Shown one piece after another: positions 8,504 to 17,619 of a DNA stretch of 43,578 nt. The DNA comes from Deltaproteobacteria bacterium. Its GTDB lineage: Bacteria > Myxococcota_A > UBA9160 > G020347605. Both the position numbers and the translations under genes were made by a program. Each line of letters begins with the position of its first letter. Position 1 is the stretch's first letter. The stretch lies in contig CP070734.1 in assembly GCA_020347605.1 (NCBI GenBank), forward strand, positions 2,129,278-2,172,855. The letters are read 5' to 3'. A model generated the notes under the pieces. The model was not told the origin of the DNA. It searched no databases and was given only the letters and a program-made list of their open reading frames with translations.

Positions 8504-9808
8504 GTGAGGCCCGCGCGCTCTGCGCGGGCCCGCGGCCGGCGGCTCGGGCTGCTCGCGAGCATCGCGGCCGCCCTCTCGGCCTGTGGCGCCGAAGCGCCCG
8601 CTTCCCGCAACCTCCTGCTCGTCAGCGTGGATACGCTGCGCGCCGATCGCCTGGGCGCGTGGGGCTATGAACGGCCCAGCTCGCCGAACCTCGACGCGCT
8701 GGCGCGCGAATCCGTCGTCTTCGAGGACGCGCGGGCCCCGTCGTCCTGGACGCTGCCCTCGCTGGCCTCGCTCATGACCGGCTTCGAGGTCTCGACACAC
8801 CGCTGCTGGAACTTCGCGTCGCGCCTCGACGGCAGCTTCACCACGCTGGCGGAGATCCTGGGCGAAGCGGGCTTCGACACCGCGTGGATCGGCAGCCACA
8901 CCTTCCTGGCCGAGAAGTACGGCCTCCAGCAGGGCTTTGCGGACTACGACGCCGAGCTGATCGACCCGGTAACCATCGAATCGCACGAGGCGATCACCTC
9001 GCCGCGCATCACGGACAAGGCGATCGCGTGGCTCGACGGGCGCGCGGGCGTCGCAGACCGCTGGTTCCTGTGGGCCCACTACTTCGACCCCCACGAGCGG
9101 TATCTCGAGCACGAGGGCGTCTCGGAGCGCTTCGGCACGGAGACGAAGAGCGACCTCTACGTCGGCGAGATCGCATTCACCGACGCCGCGATCGGACGCC
9201 TGCTGGACCACCTGCGCGAATCCGGCCTCAGCCCGGAGACGCTCGTGGTCTTCACGGCGGATCACGGCGAGGAGTTCGGGGAGCACGGGCTCACCGGACA
9301 CGGCTTTCACCTGTACCGCGAGGTGGTCCACGTGCCGCTCGCGCTGCGCGCCGCCGGCTTCCCCGCGCGCCGCGTCGAGACGCTGGTGGGTCTCGTGGAC
9401 GTCCTCCCGACCGTGCTCGAGCTGCTCGGCGTGCCGGCGCCCGACGGGCTCGCCGGGCGCAGCCTCGTCCCGGCGATGCGCGGGCAGCATCTGCCCCCGC
9501 GTCCCGTGCTCCAGGAGCTCCGGCTCTTCGCAGACGTGGACAGCATCGAGGCCGACGGCTGGAAGCTGGTGCGACGGCGAAAGGCCGGAGTTCTCAGGCT
9601 CTTCGACCGGAGTCAGGACCCCGGGGAACGGCGCAACCTCGCGAGTGCCCGGCCCGAGGTGCGGGAGCGGCTCGAGGCGCTGCTCGACGCGGCACAGGAA
9701 GCCGCCGTGGCGCGCGGACGGACCTTCGACGAACCGGAGCCGGTGACGCTCAGCGCCGAGGAGGAGCAGGCGCTGCGGAACCTCGGCTACCTCGACGCGC
9801 CGCCGTGA
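8504..9808 (+). CDS. sulfatase-like hydrolase/transferase (alkaline-phosphatase superfamily), lipoprotein
   Basis: NLLLVSVDTLRADRLG (metal-binding Asp), SSWTLPSLASLMTG (nucleophile region) and FTADHGEEFGEHG are present. I prefer GTG 8504 because it gives VRPARSARARGRRLGLLASIAAALSAC, a basic n-region plus lipobox. The track start ATG 8405 is in frame but adds 33 non-signal residues. Confidence 0.8.
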   Translation: MRPARSARARGRRLGLLASIAAALSACGAEAPASRNLLLVSVDTLRADRLGAWGYERPSSPNLDALARESVVFEDARAPSSWTLPSLASLMTGFEVSTHRCWNFASRLDGSFTTLAEILGEAGFDTAWIGSHTFLAEKYGLQQGFADYDAELIDPVTIESHEAITSPRITDKAIAWLDGRAGVADRWFLWAHYFDPHERYLEHEGVSERFGTETKSDLYVGEIAFTDAAIGRLLDHLRESGLSPETLVVFTADHGEEFGEHGLTGHGFHLYREVVHVPLALRAAGFPARRVETLVGLVDVLPTVLELLGVPAPDGLAGRSLVPAMRGQHLPPRPVLQELRLFADVDSIEADGWKLVRRRKAGVLRLFDRSQDPGERRNLASARPEVRERLEALLDAAQEAAVARGRTFDEPEPVTLSAEEEQALRNLGYLDAPP

Positions 9809-9818
9809 CGCCGCGCGC

Positions 9819-10667
9819 TCAGTCGGGTCCGCGCGCGGCGAGCGACAGCACGCGGTAGATCACGAAGGCGCTCAGGAAGGGCAGCAGCAGCAGCTCGACG
9901 AGCAGGATCAGGACGAGGGCGAGGAACGCCTGGAGGCGTTCCCAGATCGCGTTCGACACCTGGTCGGCGATCGCCTTGGCTTCCCGGCTCACGGCATCGA
10001 CGCTCTTGGCGGGCTCGAGGATCGAGATCTTCTCCCGCAGCCGTCGCATGCGCTCCGCGGCGTCCGCCAGGGGCTCGCGCGTCTCCTCGATGCGCGCCGC
10101 GGTCCGCGCCTCGAGCGGAACCAGGTAGCGCTGCGCCGCGAAGTGACTGACGAGCAGCGCGACCGGGACCACGTAGATCACGACGAGGCCGAGCGCGATG
10201 GCGCGCCGCCCCCAGCGCCGCAGCGCCGCCGCCGCGGCGAGGTCGAGACCGCCCGCGGCCCACCTCAGCATTCCGATGCCGAGCAGGGGGAACCCCAGGC
10301 CGAGGATCCCCGTCTCCATCCCGAGCTTGTAGAGGCCGAGCAGCGCGAGGGCGTACAGGAAGGCGTGCCACACGAAGTCGACGTAGTCGTAGGCGGGCTG
10401 GATCAGGTCGCCCATCTCGAAGTGGAAGCCGACCCCCACCGCGCTTCCCTCGATGGACGCCATCACGGCCTTGATGCCCGAGAGCGACAGGAAGGTGACG
10501 GTGTTGCGCTCGAGGCTCTCGTCCACGCGCGCCTCGGCCGCGCGCACCACGGCCGGGTAGCCCACGCCCGCCTCGAACACGCGCGGAAGCACCAGGGCGC
10601 ACAGGCCCGCGGCAACGACGGCCCCGCGGAGGGCGCGGCGCAGAATCGGAGAGTCGGGCATCGGCAT
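9819..10667 (-). CDS. hypothetical multi-pass membrane protein
   Basis: The ATG at 10667 (MPMPDSPILRRALRGAVVAAGLCALVL...) opens a hydrophobic, protein-like sequence with about 5 TM segments and an amphipathic segment (EETREPLADAAERMRRLREKISILE). The 124 codons upstream in track ORF 9819-11039 are Arg/Pro/Gly noise. Confidence 0.55.
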   Translation of the reverse strand: MPMPDSPILRRALRGAVVAAGLCALVLPRVFEAGVGYPAVVRAAEARVDESLERNTVTFLSLSGIKAVMASIEGSAVGVGFHFEMGDLIQPAYDYVDFVWHAFLYALALLGLYKLGMETGILGLGFPLLGIGMLRWAAGGLDLAAAAALRRWGRRAIALGLVVIYVVPVALLVSHFAAQRYLVPLEARTAARIEETREPLADAAERMRRLREKISILEPAKSVDAVSREAKAIADQVSNAIWERLQAFLALVLILLVELLLLPFLSAFVIYRVLSLAARGPD

Positions 10668-10799
10668 GCTGCGCGCACCAGCATGACGGCCCGGACGGGC
10701 GGATTCAAATCGAACCGCGGCGTGACCGGGCGCACCAACCGTCGGGCCCGGCTGTCCGAAAGCGGGGTGGCACGCGAAGCGCCAGGGAGGTCGAGGGCT

Positions 10800-11177
10800 G
10801 TGACGCGGATCACGCGAGCGCTGCTGGCCGGCGCGTTGGCCTGCGCCGGCTGCTCGGCGTCCGCACCCGACCGGGTGACGGAGCGCTGCATCGCGGCGCT
10901 GCACTACTGGATGTCGCCCGACGGCACGCCGGACGTGCTCGCGGTCGAGCCCGAGCCGCGGCACCGGCTTCGCTCGATCCGCTACGCGTCGGGCGGCGCG
11001 CTGCGCCGTTCGAAGCCGGGCCGGATCACCTGCCAGCACGACCCCGACGACCCGTGGACCTTCACCCGCATCCGGATCGGGGACCGCGAGCTGTCAGCGG
11101 TCGAGGTGTCCCTCGTGAACGGCGAGCTGTTCCTCCGGGATCTCGTCGAGAACCCGGAGCGCCTGCGCCGCCCCTGA
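10800..11177 (+). CDS. small hypothetical lipoprotein
   Basis: GTG 10800 gives VTRITRALLAGALACAGCSASAP (lipobox). Third-position GC is very high throughout. The in-frame ATG 10683 is an alternative start. Confidence 0.5.
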   Translation: MTRITRALLAGALACAGCSASAPDRVTERCIAALHYWMSPDGTPDVLAVEPEPRHRLRSIRYASGGALRRSKPGRITCQHDPDDPWTFTRIRIGDRELSAVEVSLVNGELFLRDLVENPERLRRP

Positions 11178-11235
11178 GGTCGGCGCCGGCCGACGGCACC
11201 CGCTCGGCCGCGCGCGCCTGAGCTAGCCTGGCGCG

Positions 11236-12849
11236 GTGCAGTTCGCGAGCTTCGACCTCGCCGATCCGACGTTCCGCGCGTTCGGGCACTGCTTCTCGGT
11301 ACAGATCACGACGCTCGAGAACCTGTACGGCCTGGATCCGGAGCGGATCGAGCGGCGCGAGACCGCGAACGCGCTGCGGCTGCGCGCCGGGGGACTCTCC
11401 TGGGCCGGCCAGCAACAGCGGGCCGCGGGCGAAGTCGAGCTCGTGCTGCGGCGCGAGGACACCGGCGCCGTGCGCGCGAGCGTCCGCGCGCGGGCGCCGG
11501 AGCCCATCCGTTGCAGCAAGCTCTTGTTGCGCGATCTGGATCCCGCGCTGGCGACGATCGGACCCGCCGGCGGCGTGACGAGCGTCGGTGAGCACGGCCA
11601 GCTCCTCGCCTATCCGACGGGGCTGCCGGCGCCGTTTCTGTGCGTCCGGAGCGGGGAGCGGAGCCTCGGACTGCGCGCCGAGGATCGCGATGTCCGGGCC
11701 AAGCGGTTCGCGCTGTTTCGGGAGTCCAGCGGAGCGATGGCCGGCCGCGCCACCATCGAGCTCATCCACGAAGAGGCGGCGTCCCGGTTCTCGCGGGACC
11801 TCGACACGCCCGACTGGGTCGTGACCTCCGACGTCACGGCGGAAGACGTCGCGCGGGACCACCTCCGCTTCGCGGAGCGCGCGCTGGGCCTCGATCCCTG
11901 GGAGCGGCGGGCCGACCTGCCCGATTGGGCGCGCGACCTGCGCCTCGTCGCGACGCTGCACGGGATGCACTTCACGGGTCGCGTCTTCCTGCGCTACGAC
12001 GAGATGCTCGGAGTCCTGCGCTTCCTCGCCGAACGCATTCCGGGCAGACACGTCCTCGCCTATCTGCCGGGCTGGGAGGGCCGCTACTACTGGCAGTACG
12101 GCGACTACCGGCCGGAGCCCCGCCTGGGCGGTGCGAGCGGCTTCGCGAAGCTCTGCGACGGGGCGCGCGAGCTGGGGGTGCACGTGATGCCCATGTTCGG
12201 CGCGAACTGCGCGAACGTCTGGCTGCCCGCTTGGCGCGACGTCGACCCGACGGCGTACCTGAAGAGCGCCACGGGCAACCGCTTCCACGGCAACCAGCCC
12301 GACTGGGACCTGTCTCGCGCGCACGACACGGGCTGGCAGGCCTGGCTGAACCCCGGACATCCGAGCTGGCGGGATGCCCTGGCGTCCGCGATCGAGGCGC
12401 TTTGGCAGCGCTTCGGGTTCGACGCGGTCTTCCTGGACACGGTGCACGCCTGGACCAACGACCCCGACCACGCCGTTCACGAAGGCCTTCGCGCGCTCAC
12501 CGCGCGCCTGCGCAGCCGCCTGCCCGGCGTGCTGCTCGCGGCCGAGGCGGACTACGACGCGCTGCTGCCGCTGTTCGGTCTGTTTCAGCGGCCCTGGTGG
12601 ACCGAGCCGGCTCCCTGGACGCAGCGCTACGTGCGGCGCTTCGGGCACCTGTGCGAGGGCGAGCCGCGCGGGCGGACCGGCGTGCACGAGGCGGGCGTCC
12701 ACCGCTCGGACGCCTGGCAACCGGCGCCCGGCTATCTCCCCACGCTCGCGTTCCAGGACGGCACGCTCGAAGCGGCGCGCGATGCGATCGAGGGTCTCCT
12801 GGCGCGACTCGCGGCGCGGGATGACGCTCCGCGCGGAGCCCGCCGGTGA
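11236..12849 (+). CDS. hypothetical protein, C-terminal half resembling a glycoside-hydrolase-like TIM barrel
   Basis: GTG start, 537 aa. The segment GWEGRYYWQYGDY...GVHVMPMFGAN...WLNPGHPSWRDALASAIEALWQRFGFDAVFLDTVHAW resembles GH13/GHL-type beta-strand/Asp motifs. The stop overlaps the next start (GTGA at 12846-12849). Confidence 0.55.
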   Translation: MQFASFDLADPTFRAFGHCFSVQITTLENLYGLDPERIERRETANALRLRAGGLSWAGQQQRAAGEVELVLRREDTGAVRASVRARAPEPIRCSKLLLRDLDPALATIGPAGGVTSVGEHGQLLAYPTGLPAPFLCVRSGERSLGLRAEDRDVRAKRFALFRESSGAMAGRATIELIHEEAASRFSRDLDTPDWVVTSDVTAEDVARDHLRFAERALGLDPWERRADLPDWARDLRLVATLHGMHFTGRVFLRYDEMLGVLRFLAERIPGRHVLAYLPGWEGRYYWQYGDYRPEPRLGGASGFAKLCDGARELGVHVMPMFGANCANVWLPAWRDVDPTAYLKSATGNRFHGNQPDWDLSRAHDTGWQAWLNPGHPSWRDALASAIEALWQRFGFDAVFLDTVHAWTNDPDHAVHEGLRALTARLRSRLPGVLLAAEADYDALLPLFGLFQRPWWTEPAPWTQRYVRRFGHLCEGEPRGRTGVHEAGVHRSDAWQPAPGYLPTLAFQDGTLEAARDAIEGLLARLAARDDAPRGARR

Positions 12850-13940
12850 GCGCGGGCGGGCCGAGGCGACGTCTGCCGGAGCACCTGCCGATCTTGAACC
12901 GGCGGATGGCCCGCGGCGACTACCGCCCCCGCTACGCGGAACGCGAGATCACCGCGCCCGTCGACCTGTGCGACGCGCGCGGAGTTCTCAACCCCGACGC
13001 GGTCGGCTGGTCGCGCTTCCCGATCGTCCGAGCCAACCTGTCGGGTCACTGGCCGCGCAAGAAGCGCTGGAACTTCTGGAACTGGATCAGCCGGGACTTC
13101 GTCTTCTCGGTGACGCTCGCCGACCTCGACTACGCGTCCTTCTGCGCCGCGACGTTCAGCGATTTCGCGGCGGGGCAGACGTTCCGCTGCCAATCCAACG
13201 GGCGCCCCGGTCGCTTCGCCATGCCCGAGCACGTCGAGCGCAGCGTGTCCTTTCGGGGCGGCGGTCTCGAGTACGCCAACGTGAACGCAGGCGGCGACCT
13301 CGAGGTCGACTTCCGGGGCCGCACGCGTGACGGCGTCGAGATCGTCGCCGATTTCCGGGTCCACAAGCCCCCGGATCACGAGAGCCTGAACGTGGTCGTG
13401 CCCTGGACGGACCGGCGCTTCCAGCTCAACTCGAAGCACAACACGCTGCCCTGCGAAGGTCACGTCACGGTGGCCGGCCGGCGCCACGCGATGGAGCCGG
13501 CCACCTGCCACGCCGTGCAGGACTTCGGGCGCGGCATCTGGCCCTACCGCTCCTTCTGGAACTGGGCCGTCTGCACCGGAGAGCAGGCCGGCCATCGGAT
13601 CGGCGTGAACCTGGGCGGCAAGTGGACGACCGGCACCGGCGCCAACGAGAACGGAATCCTGCTCGACGGTCGTCTCCACAAGATCATGGAGGACCTGCAC
13701 TGGAGCTACGATCCGCGCGATTGGATGAAGCCGTGGCGCATCCGATCGCTGCACTCCGATACCCTCGACCTCACGCTGCGACCCCGCATGGCGCACCGCT
13801 CCAGTCTGAACCTCGGCCTGCTCGCGACCGGCGGCGTGTGCTGCTTTGGCGCCTGGCGAGGCTGGGTCCGGATCGACGGCCAGTCGTTCGAGATCGAGGA
13901 CCTCGTCGGCTGGGCCGAGGAGTTCGCGCACCGCTGGTGA
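12846..13940 (+). CDS. DUF2804-family protein
   Basis: 364 aa. The motifs WNFWNW..., FWNWAVCTG...GVNLGGKWTTGTGANENGILLDGRLHKI and ...GWAEEFAHRW match my recollection of DUF2804. The gene is translationally coupled to the upstream gene. Confidence 0.65.
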   Translation: MSAGGPRRRLPEHLPILNRRMARGDYRPRYAEREITAPVDLCDARGVLNPDAVGWSRFPIVRANLSGHWPRKKRWNFWNWISRDFVFSVTLADLDYASFCAATFSDFAAGQTFRCQSNGRPGRFAMPEHVERSVSFRGGGLEYANVNAGGDLEVDFRGRTRDGVEIVADFRVHKPPDHESLNVVVPWTDRRFQLNSKHNTLPCEGHVTVAGRRHAMEPATCHAVQDFGRGIWPYRSFWNWAVCTGEQAGHRIGVNLGGKWTTGTGANENGILLDGRLHKIMEDLHWSYDPRDWMKPWRIRSLHSDTLDLTLRPRMAHRSSLNLGLLATGGVCCFGAWRGWVRIDGQSFEIEDLVGWAEEFAHRW

Positions 13941-13953
13941 GGCTTCCCCGTCG

Positions 13954-13982
13954 GTGCCACGCCGCGCGCTCCCGAGTAGACT
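13954..13982 (+). promoter_or_regulatory. candidate sigma70-like promoter (-35 GTGCCA, 17-nt spacer, -10 TAGACT) placed for a leaderless transcript
   Basis: GTGCCA lies at 13954-13959 and TAGACT at 13977-13982. The ATG at 13989 lies 7 nt after the -10 hexamer (6 nt intervening), and there is no SD-like purine run between them. Confidence 0.3.
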
Positions 13983-13988
13983 ATCCCG

Positions 13989-16900
13989 ATGCGTTGCGCG
14001 AGCTGCCAGCGCGAGAACCCGGCTGCAGCGCATTTCTGCAACGGCTGCGGGTCTCCGCTCACCGGCGCGTGCCGTGAATGCGGACATTCGAATCCGCCCG
14101 GCTCGCGTTTCTGCAACGCGTGCGGCGAGTCGCTCGGCGGGTCGACCGAGGCCCCGAAGTCGAGCCGGACGCCCCGCAGCTACACGCCTCGGCACCTCGC
14201 CGACCGGATCCTGAGTGCGCGAACCGCGCTGGAGGGAGAGCGCAAGCACGTCACGGTGCTCTTCGCCGACCTGCGCGACTCGACCCCGCTCACCGAGCGG
14301 ATCGGCCCGGAGGACATGCACGCGCTGATGGACCGCTGCTTCGGGCTCATCCTCGAGCAGGTCCACCGTTACGAAGGCACGGTCAACCAGTTCCTGGGAG
14401 ACGGGGTGATGGCGTTGTTCGGTGCGCCCATCGCCCTGGAAGACGCGCCGCGCCGAGCGCTGCTGGCCGCTCTGGGAATCCAGCGCGCGCTCGCTGCGCT
14501 CCACGACGAGGTGAAGGCGCAGCACGGTCTCGAGTTCCGGATGCGGATCGGAATCCACACCGGACCCGTGGTGGTGGGCCGGATCGGGGACGATCTGCGG
14601 ATGGACTACACCGCCGTCGGCGACACCACGAACCTGGCTGCGCGTCTCCAGCAGACCGCAGCACCGGGCTCGATCCTGATCTCGGAGGCGACGGAGAGCC
14701 TCGTCTCCGGCTTCTTCGAGGTTCGCGACCGGGGTCGGATGGGCCTCAAGGGCAGGACCGGTGCGGTCCGGGCGTTCGAAGTGCTGGCCGAGCGACCCGT
14801 TCGCGGCCGCATCGAGGCGGCGGCTGCGGAGACGGGCCTCACCCCGTACGTCGGTCGCGACCGCGAGTTCGGCGCGCTTCGCGACGCGTTCGAGAGCGCC
14901 CGCCAGGGACGCGGCCAGGTCGTGTTCCTCGTCGGCGAAGCCGGTCTCGGCAAGTCGCGCCTGCTCCACGAGTTCCGCGAGAGTCTGGACGGCGCGGCCC
15001 ACACGTGGTTCGAGGGACGCTGCAGCGCGTACGGTCGGACGACGGCCTTCGAGCCGATCCGCGATGGCCTGCGCCGGCGGGTCGGCATCGAGGAGCGCGA
15101 CGACGACGCCCGCGCCGTTGCGAAGCTGGCAGACTTCGAGGCCGCGCAGGGTGGAGAGCTGGCGTGGACGCTGCCCTACCTGCGGCAGCTGCTCTCGCTA
15201 CCCGTCGGCGATCCCGACGTCGAGGCCATGGAGGCGGGCACCCGTCGCAGCGAGACCTTCCGCGCCCTGCAGGCGCAGTTCCTGCGCGCGGCCCGGCGGG
15301 ACCCCGTGGTCTTCGCGATCGAGGACCTGCACTGGATCGACCCGGCCTCGGAGGAGTTCCTGGTGTTCCTGGCCGATGCCTGTCCCGCCGCCCGGGCGCT
15401 CCTGCTGTTCACCTATCGCCCGGGCTACCACCAGCCCTTCGGCGACCGCAGCTATCACGTCCGCCTCTCGCTTCAGCCCCTCTCCCCGGCCGAGATGGGC
15501 AGCATGACCGGCTGGCTGCTCGAAGCGCCCGCCGTGCCCGAAGCGCTTCGCGATCTGATCGCGGCGAAAGCCGAGGGCAACCCGTTCTTCGTCGAGGAGG
15601 TGACCAAGTCGCTGATCGAAGGCGGCGTGTTGCGCGTCGAGAACGGTCGCGCCGAGCTCACCCGCGAGCTGCATTCGATCGCGGTGCCCGACCGCATCCA
15701 GGACGTGCTGATGGCGCGCATCGACCGACTCGACGAGGAGGCGAAGCGGGCCATACAGGTCGCTTCGGTGATCGGTCGCGAGTTCGCGCTGCGCCTGCTC
15801 GAGAAGATCAGCGAGGCCGGCGACAAGGTGCGCAGCGTGGTCGAGGACCTCCGGGCCCTCGAGCTGATCTACGAGAAGGCGGCGCACCCCGAGCTGGCGT
15901 TCATGTTCAAGCACGCGCTCACGCATGACGTGGCGTACGAGAGTGTCCTCGTGCAGCGCCGCAAGGCGTTGCATCGCATCGTGGGAACGGCCATCGAGGA
16001 GCTCTACGCCGATCGGCTCGCCGAGCACTACGAAGCGCTCGCCCACCACTTCGAGCGCGGCGCCGACTGGACGCGCGCGATGCTCTATCACGAGCGCGCC
16101 GGGGACAAGGCCGCCGACGCCTACGCCAACCAGTCCGCGCTCAGCCACTACACCGAGGCCCTCGCCATCGCCGAGCGGCTCGGCGACCGCGCAGCTCCGG
16201 AGCCGCGGCTGCGCATCGAAGAGAAGCTGGCGGACGTGCACTTCTGCGTGAGCGCGTTTCGCCCCTCGGCCGAGGCGTACCGCCGAGCCGCGGCGCTCTG
16301 CGCGGACGGCGCGCGGCGCGCACGCAACCACGCGCGCGCCGCCTTCAGCTACGTGTGGGCTCACGACTACGACGCCTCGGCCGAGGCCCGTCGCGAGGCG
16401 ACCGCGACCGCGCGCGAGAGCGGCGAGGCCGCGGCGGAGTGCATGGCGCTGGCTGCGCGCGATCTCGCGGACACGGCGTGCGAGGGGCCGCGGGGGAGCG
16501 CGGCGGCCGGCGCCGATACCTTCGAGCGGGCCGAGCGCAGCGGCGACGCCGAAGCGCTCCTCTACGCGGGCTCCCAGCGCGCGCTGTACCTCGAAGCCGG
16601 CGGTTCGTACCGCGCGGCGGTCGCGCTCAGCGAACGGGCGCTGGAGCTCGCGCGCGGCCGGCGCATGAGCCTGCTCACCATCTACCCGCGCTGGGCGCTC
16701 GGGCTCTCGCTCGGCTGTCTCGGCGACTACGGACGTGCCATCGAGGTCCTGCGTGAAGCCCTGGATTGCTGCGATCGCGCGGGCGAGCGGGCGCTCAAGG
16801 CGCGTCTGCTCAACTCGCTCGGCTGGTGCTACGCCGAGTTCGGCTGCCACGAGATCGCCGCCGAGTACAACCGGCGCGGCGAGGCGCTCGCGTGGCAGAT

Positions 16901-17504
16901 GGTCGAGCTCGACCTGGTGGCCGGCGCACCCGAGCTCCACGCCAACGCGGCGATCAATCTGGCGAACAACCGGACCGCGCTCGGCGAGGAGGAGCGCGCG
17001 CTCGAGCACCTCGCGCCGATCCAGGCGGAGCTCGACCATCCCGGCGATCCCTGGCAGCGCTGGCGCTACCGACTGCACGTGCACGACGGCCTGGGACGCG
17101 TGGCCCTGGTTCGAGGCGAGCCGGAGCGCGCGATCGCGCTGGCGGACGAGGAGCTCGAAGGCGCCCGCTTCCACGGGCCCGCGAAGATCCAGGCCCGGGC
17201 GCTGGAGCTCCGCGGCCGGGCGCTGGTCACGGTCGACCAGCGCGAAGACGCCGAGGCGAGCCTGCGCGAGGCGCTCGAGATCGCGCGTCGCATCGAGTAC
17301 CCGCCCGTCGTATGGCGCTCGCTCTCGCTGCTCGCCGAGCTGGCGCGGCGCTCCGCCGACCGCGCCGCGGCGGAGCGGCATGCGGCGGAGGCGCGCGGCC
17401 TCGTCGACGCGCTGGCGCGGTCGCTGCCCGAGGCCGAGCTCCGCCGCGGCTTCCGCCAGCTCGGGGAGCGGCTGGTCCGCGATCCGCTCGGCGCCTATCG
17501 CTGA
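13989..17504 (+). CDS. multidomain signalling protein: double zinc ribbon + class III adenylate/guanylate cyclase + AAA/STAND NTPase + TPR repeats
   Basis: The N-terminus is CASCQRENPAAAHFCNGCG...CRECGHSNPPGSRFCNACG. Cyclase motifs are KHVTVLFADLRDSTPL, FLGDGVMALFGAP, RIGIHTGPVVVGRIG and TAVGDTTNLAARLQ. The Walker A is LVGEAGLGKSRL. A long Ala/Leu/Arg-rich TPR-like C-terminus follows. Confidence 0.9.
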   Translation: MRCASCQRENPAAAHFCNGCGSPLTGACRECGHSNPPGSRFCNACGESLGGSTEAPKSSRTPRSYTPRHLADRILSARTALEGERKHVTVLFADLRDSTPLTERIGPEDMHALMDRCFGLILEQVHRYEGTVNQFLGDGVMALFGAPIALEDAPRRALLAALGIQRALAALHDEVKAQHGLEFRMRIGIHTGPVVVGRIGDDLRMDYTAVGDTTNLAARLQQTAAPGSILISEATESLVSGFFEVRDRGRMGLKGRTGAVRAFEVLAERPVRGRIEAAAAETGLTPYVGRDREFGALRDAFESARQGRGQVVFLVGEAGLGKSRLLHEFRESLDGAAHTWFEGRCSAYGRTTAFEPIRDGLRRRVGIEERDDDARAVAKLADFEAAQGGELAWTLPYLRQLLSLPVGDPDVEAMEAGTRRSETFRALQAQFLRAARRDPVVFAIEDLHWIDPASEEFLVFLADACPAARALLLFTYRPGYHQPFGDRSYHVRLSLQPLSPAEMGSMTGWLLEAPAVPEALRDLIAAKAEGNPFFVEEVTKSLIEGGVLRVENGRAELTRELHSIAVPDRIQDVLMARIDRLDEEAKRAIQVASVIGREFALRLLEKISEAGDKVRSVVEDLRALELIYEKAAHPELAFMFKHALTHDVAYESVLVQRRKALHRIVGTAIEELYADRLAEHYEALAHHFERGADWTRAMLYHERAGDKAADAYANQSALSHYTEALAIAERLGDRAAPEPRLRIEEKLADVHFCVSAFRPSAEAYRRAAALCADGARRARNHARAAFSYVWAHDYDASAEARREATATARESGEAAAECMALAARDLADTACEGPRGSAAAGADTFERAERSGDAEALLYAGSQRALYLEAGGSYRAAVALSERALELARGRRMSLLTIYPRWALGLSLGCLGDYGRAIEVLREALDCCDRAGERALKARLLNSLGWCYAEFGCHEIAAEYNRRGEALAWQMVELDLVAGAPELHANAAINLANNRTALGEEERALEHLAPIQAELDHPGDPWQRWRYRLHVHDGLGRVALVRGEPERAIALADEELEGARFHGPAKIQARALELRGRALVTVDQREDAEASLREALEIARRIEYPPVVWRSLSLLAELARRSADRAAAERHAAEARGLVDALARSLPEAELRRGFRQLGERLVRDPLGAYR

Positions 17505-17619
17505 GCCGAGAAGCCACCGTCCCCGTTCAGGAATCGTCGGCGCGCGGCTTGCGTGCGAGGCCCGCGACCCGCACACTCCCGGCCGGCTCGAGTCCCGAGG
17601 TGGAGGAGGATCCCGCAGC

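Noticed and set aside
13989-17504. The STAND NTPase as an Avs/NLR-like antiphage defence gene
   Set aside because: The effector domain is a class III nucleotide cyclase with intact-looking motifs. There is no nuclease, TIR, SIR2 or protease domain, no neighbouring defence genes and no mobile-element context. It looks like a common signalling architecture.
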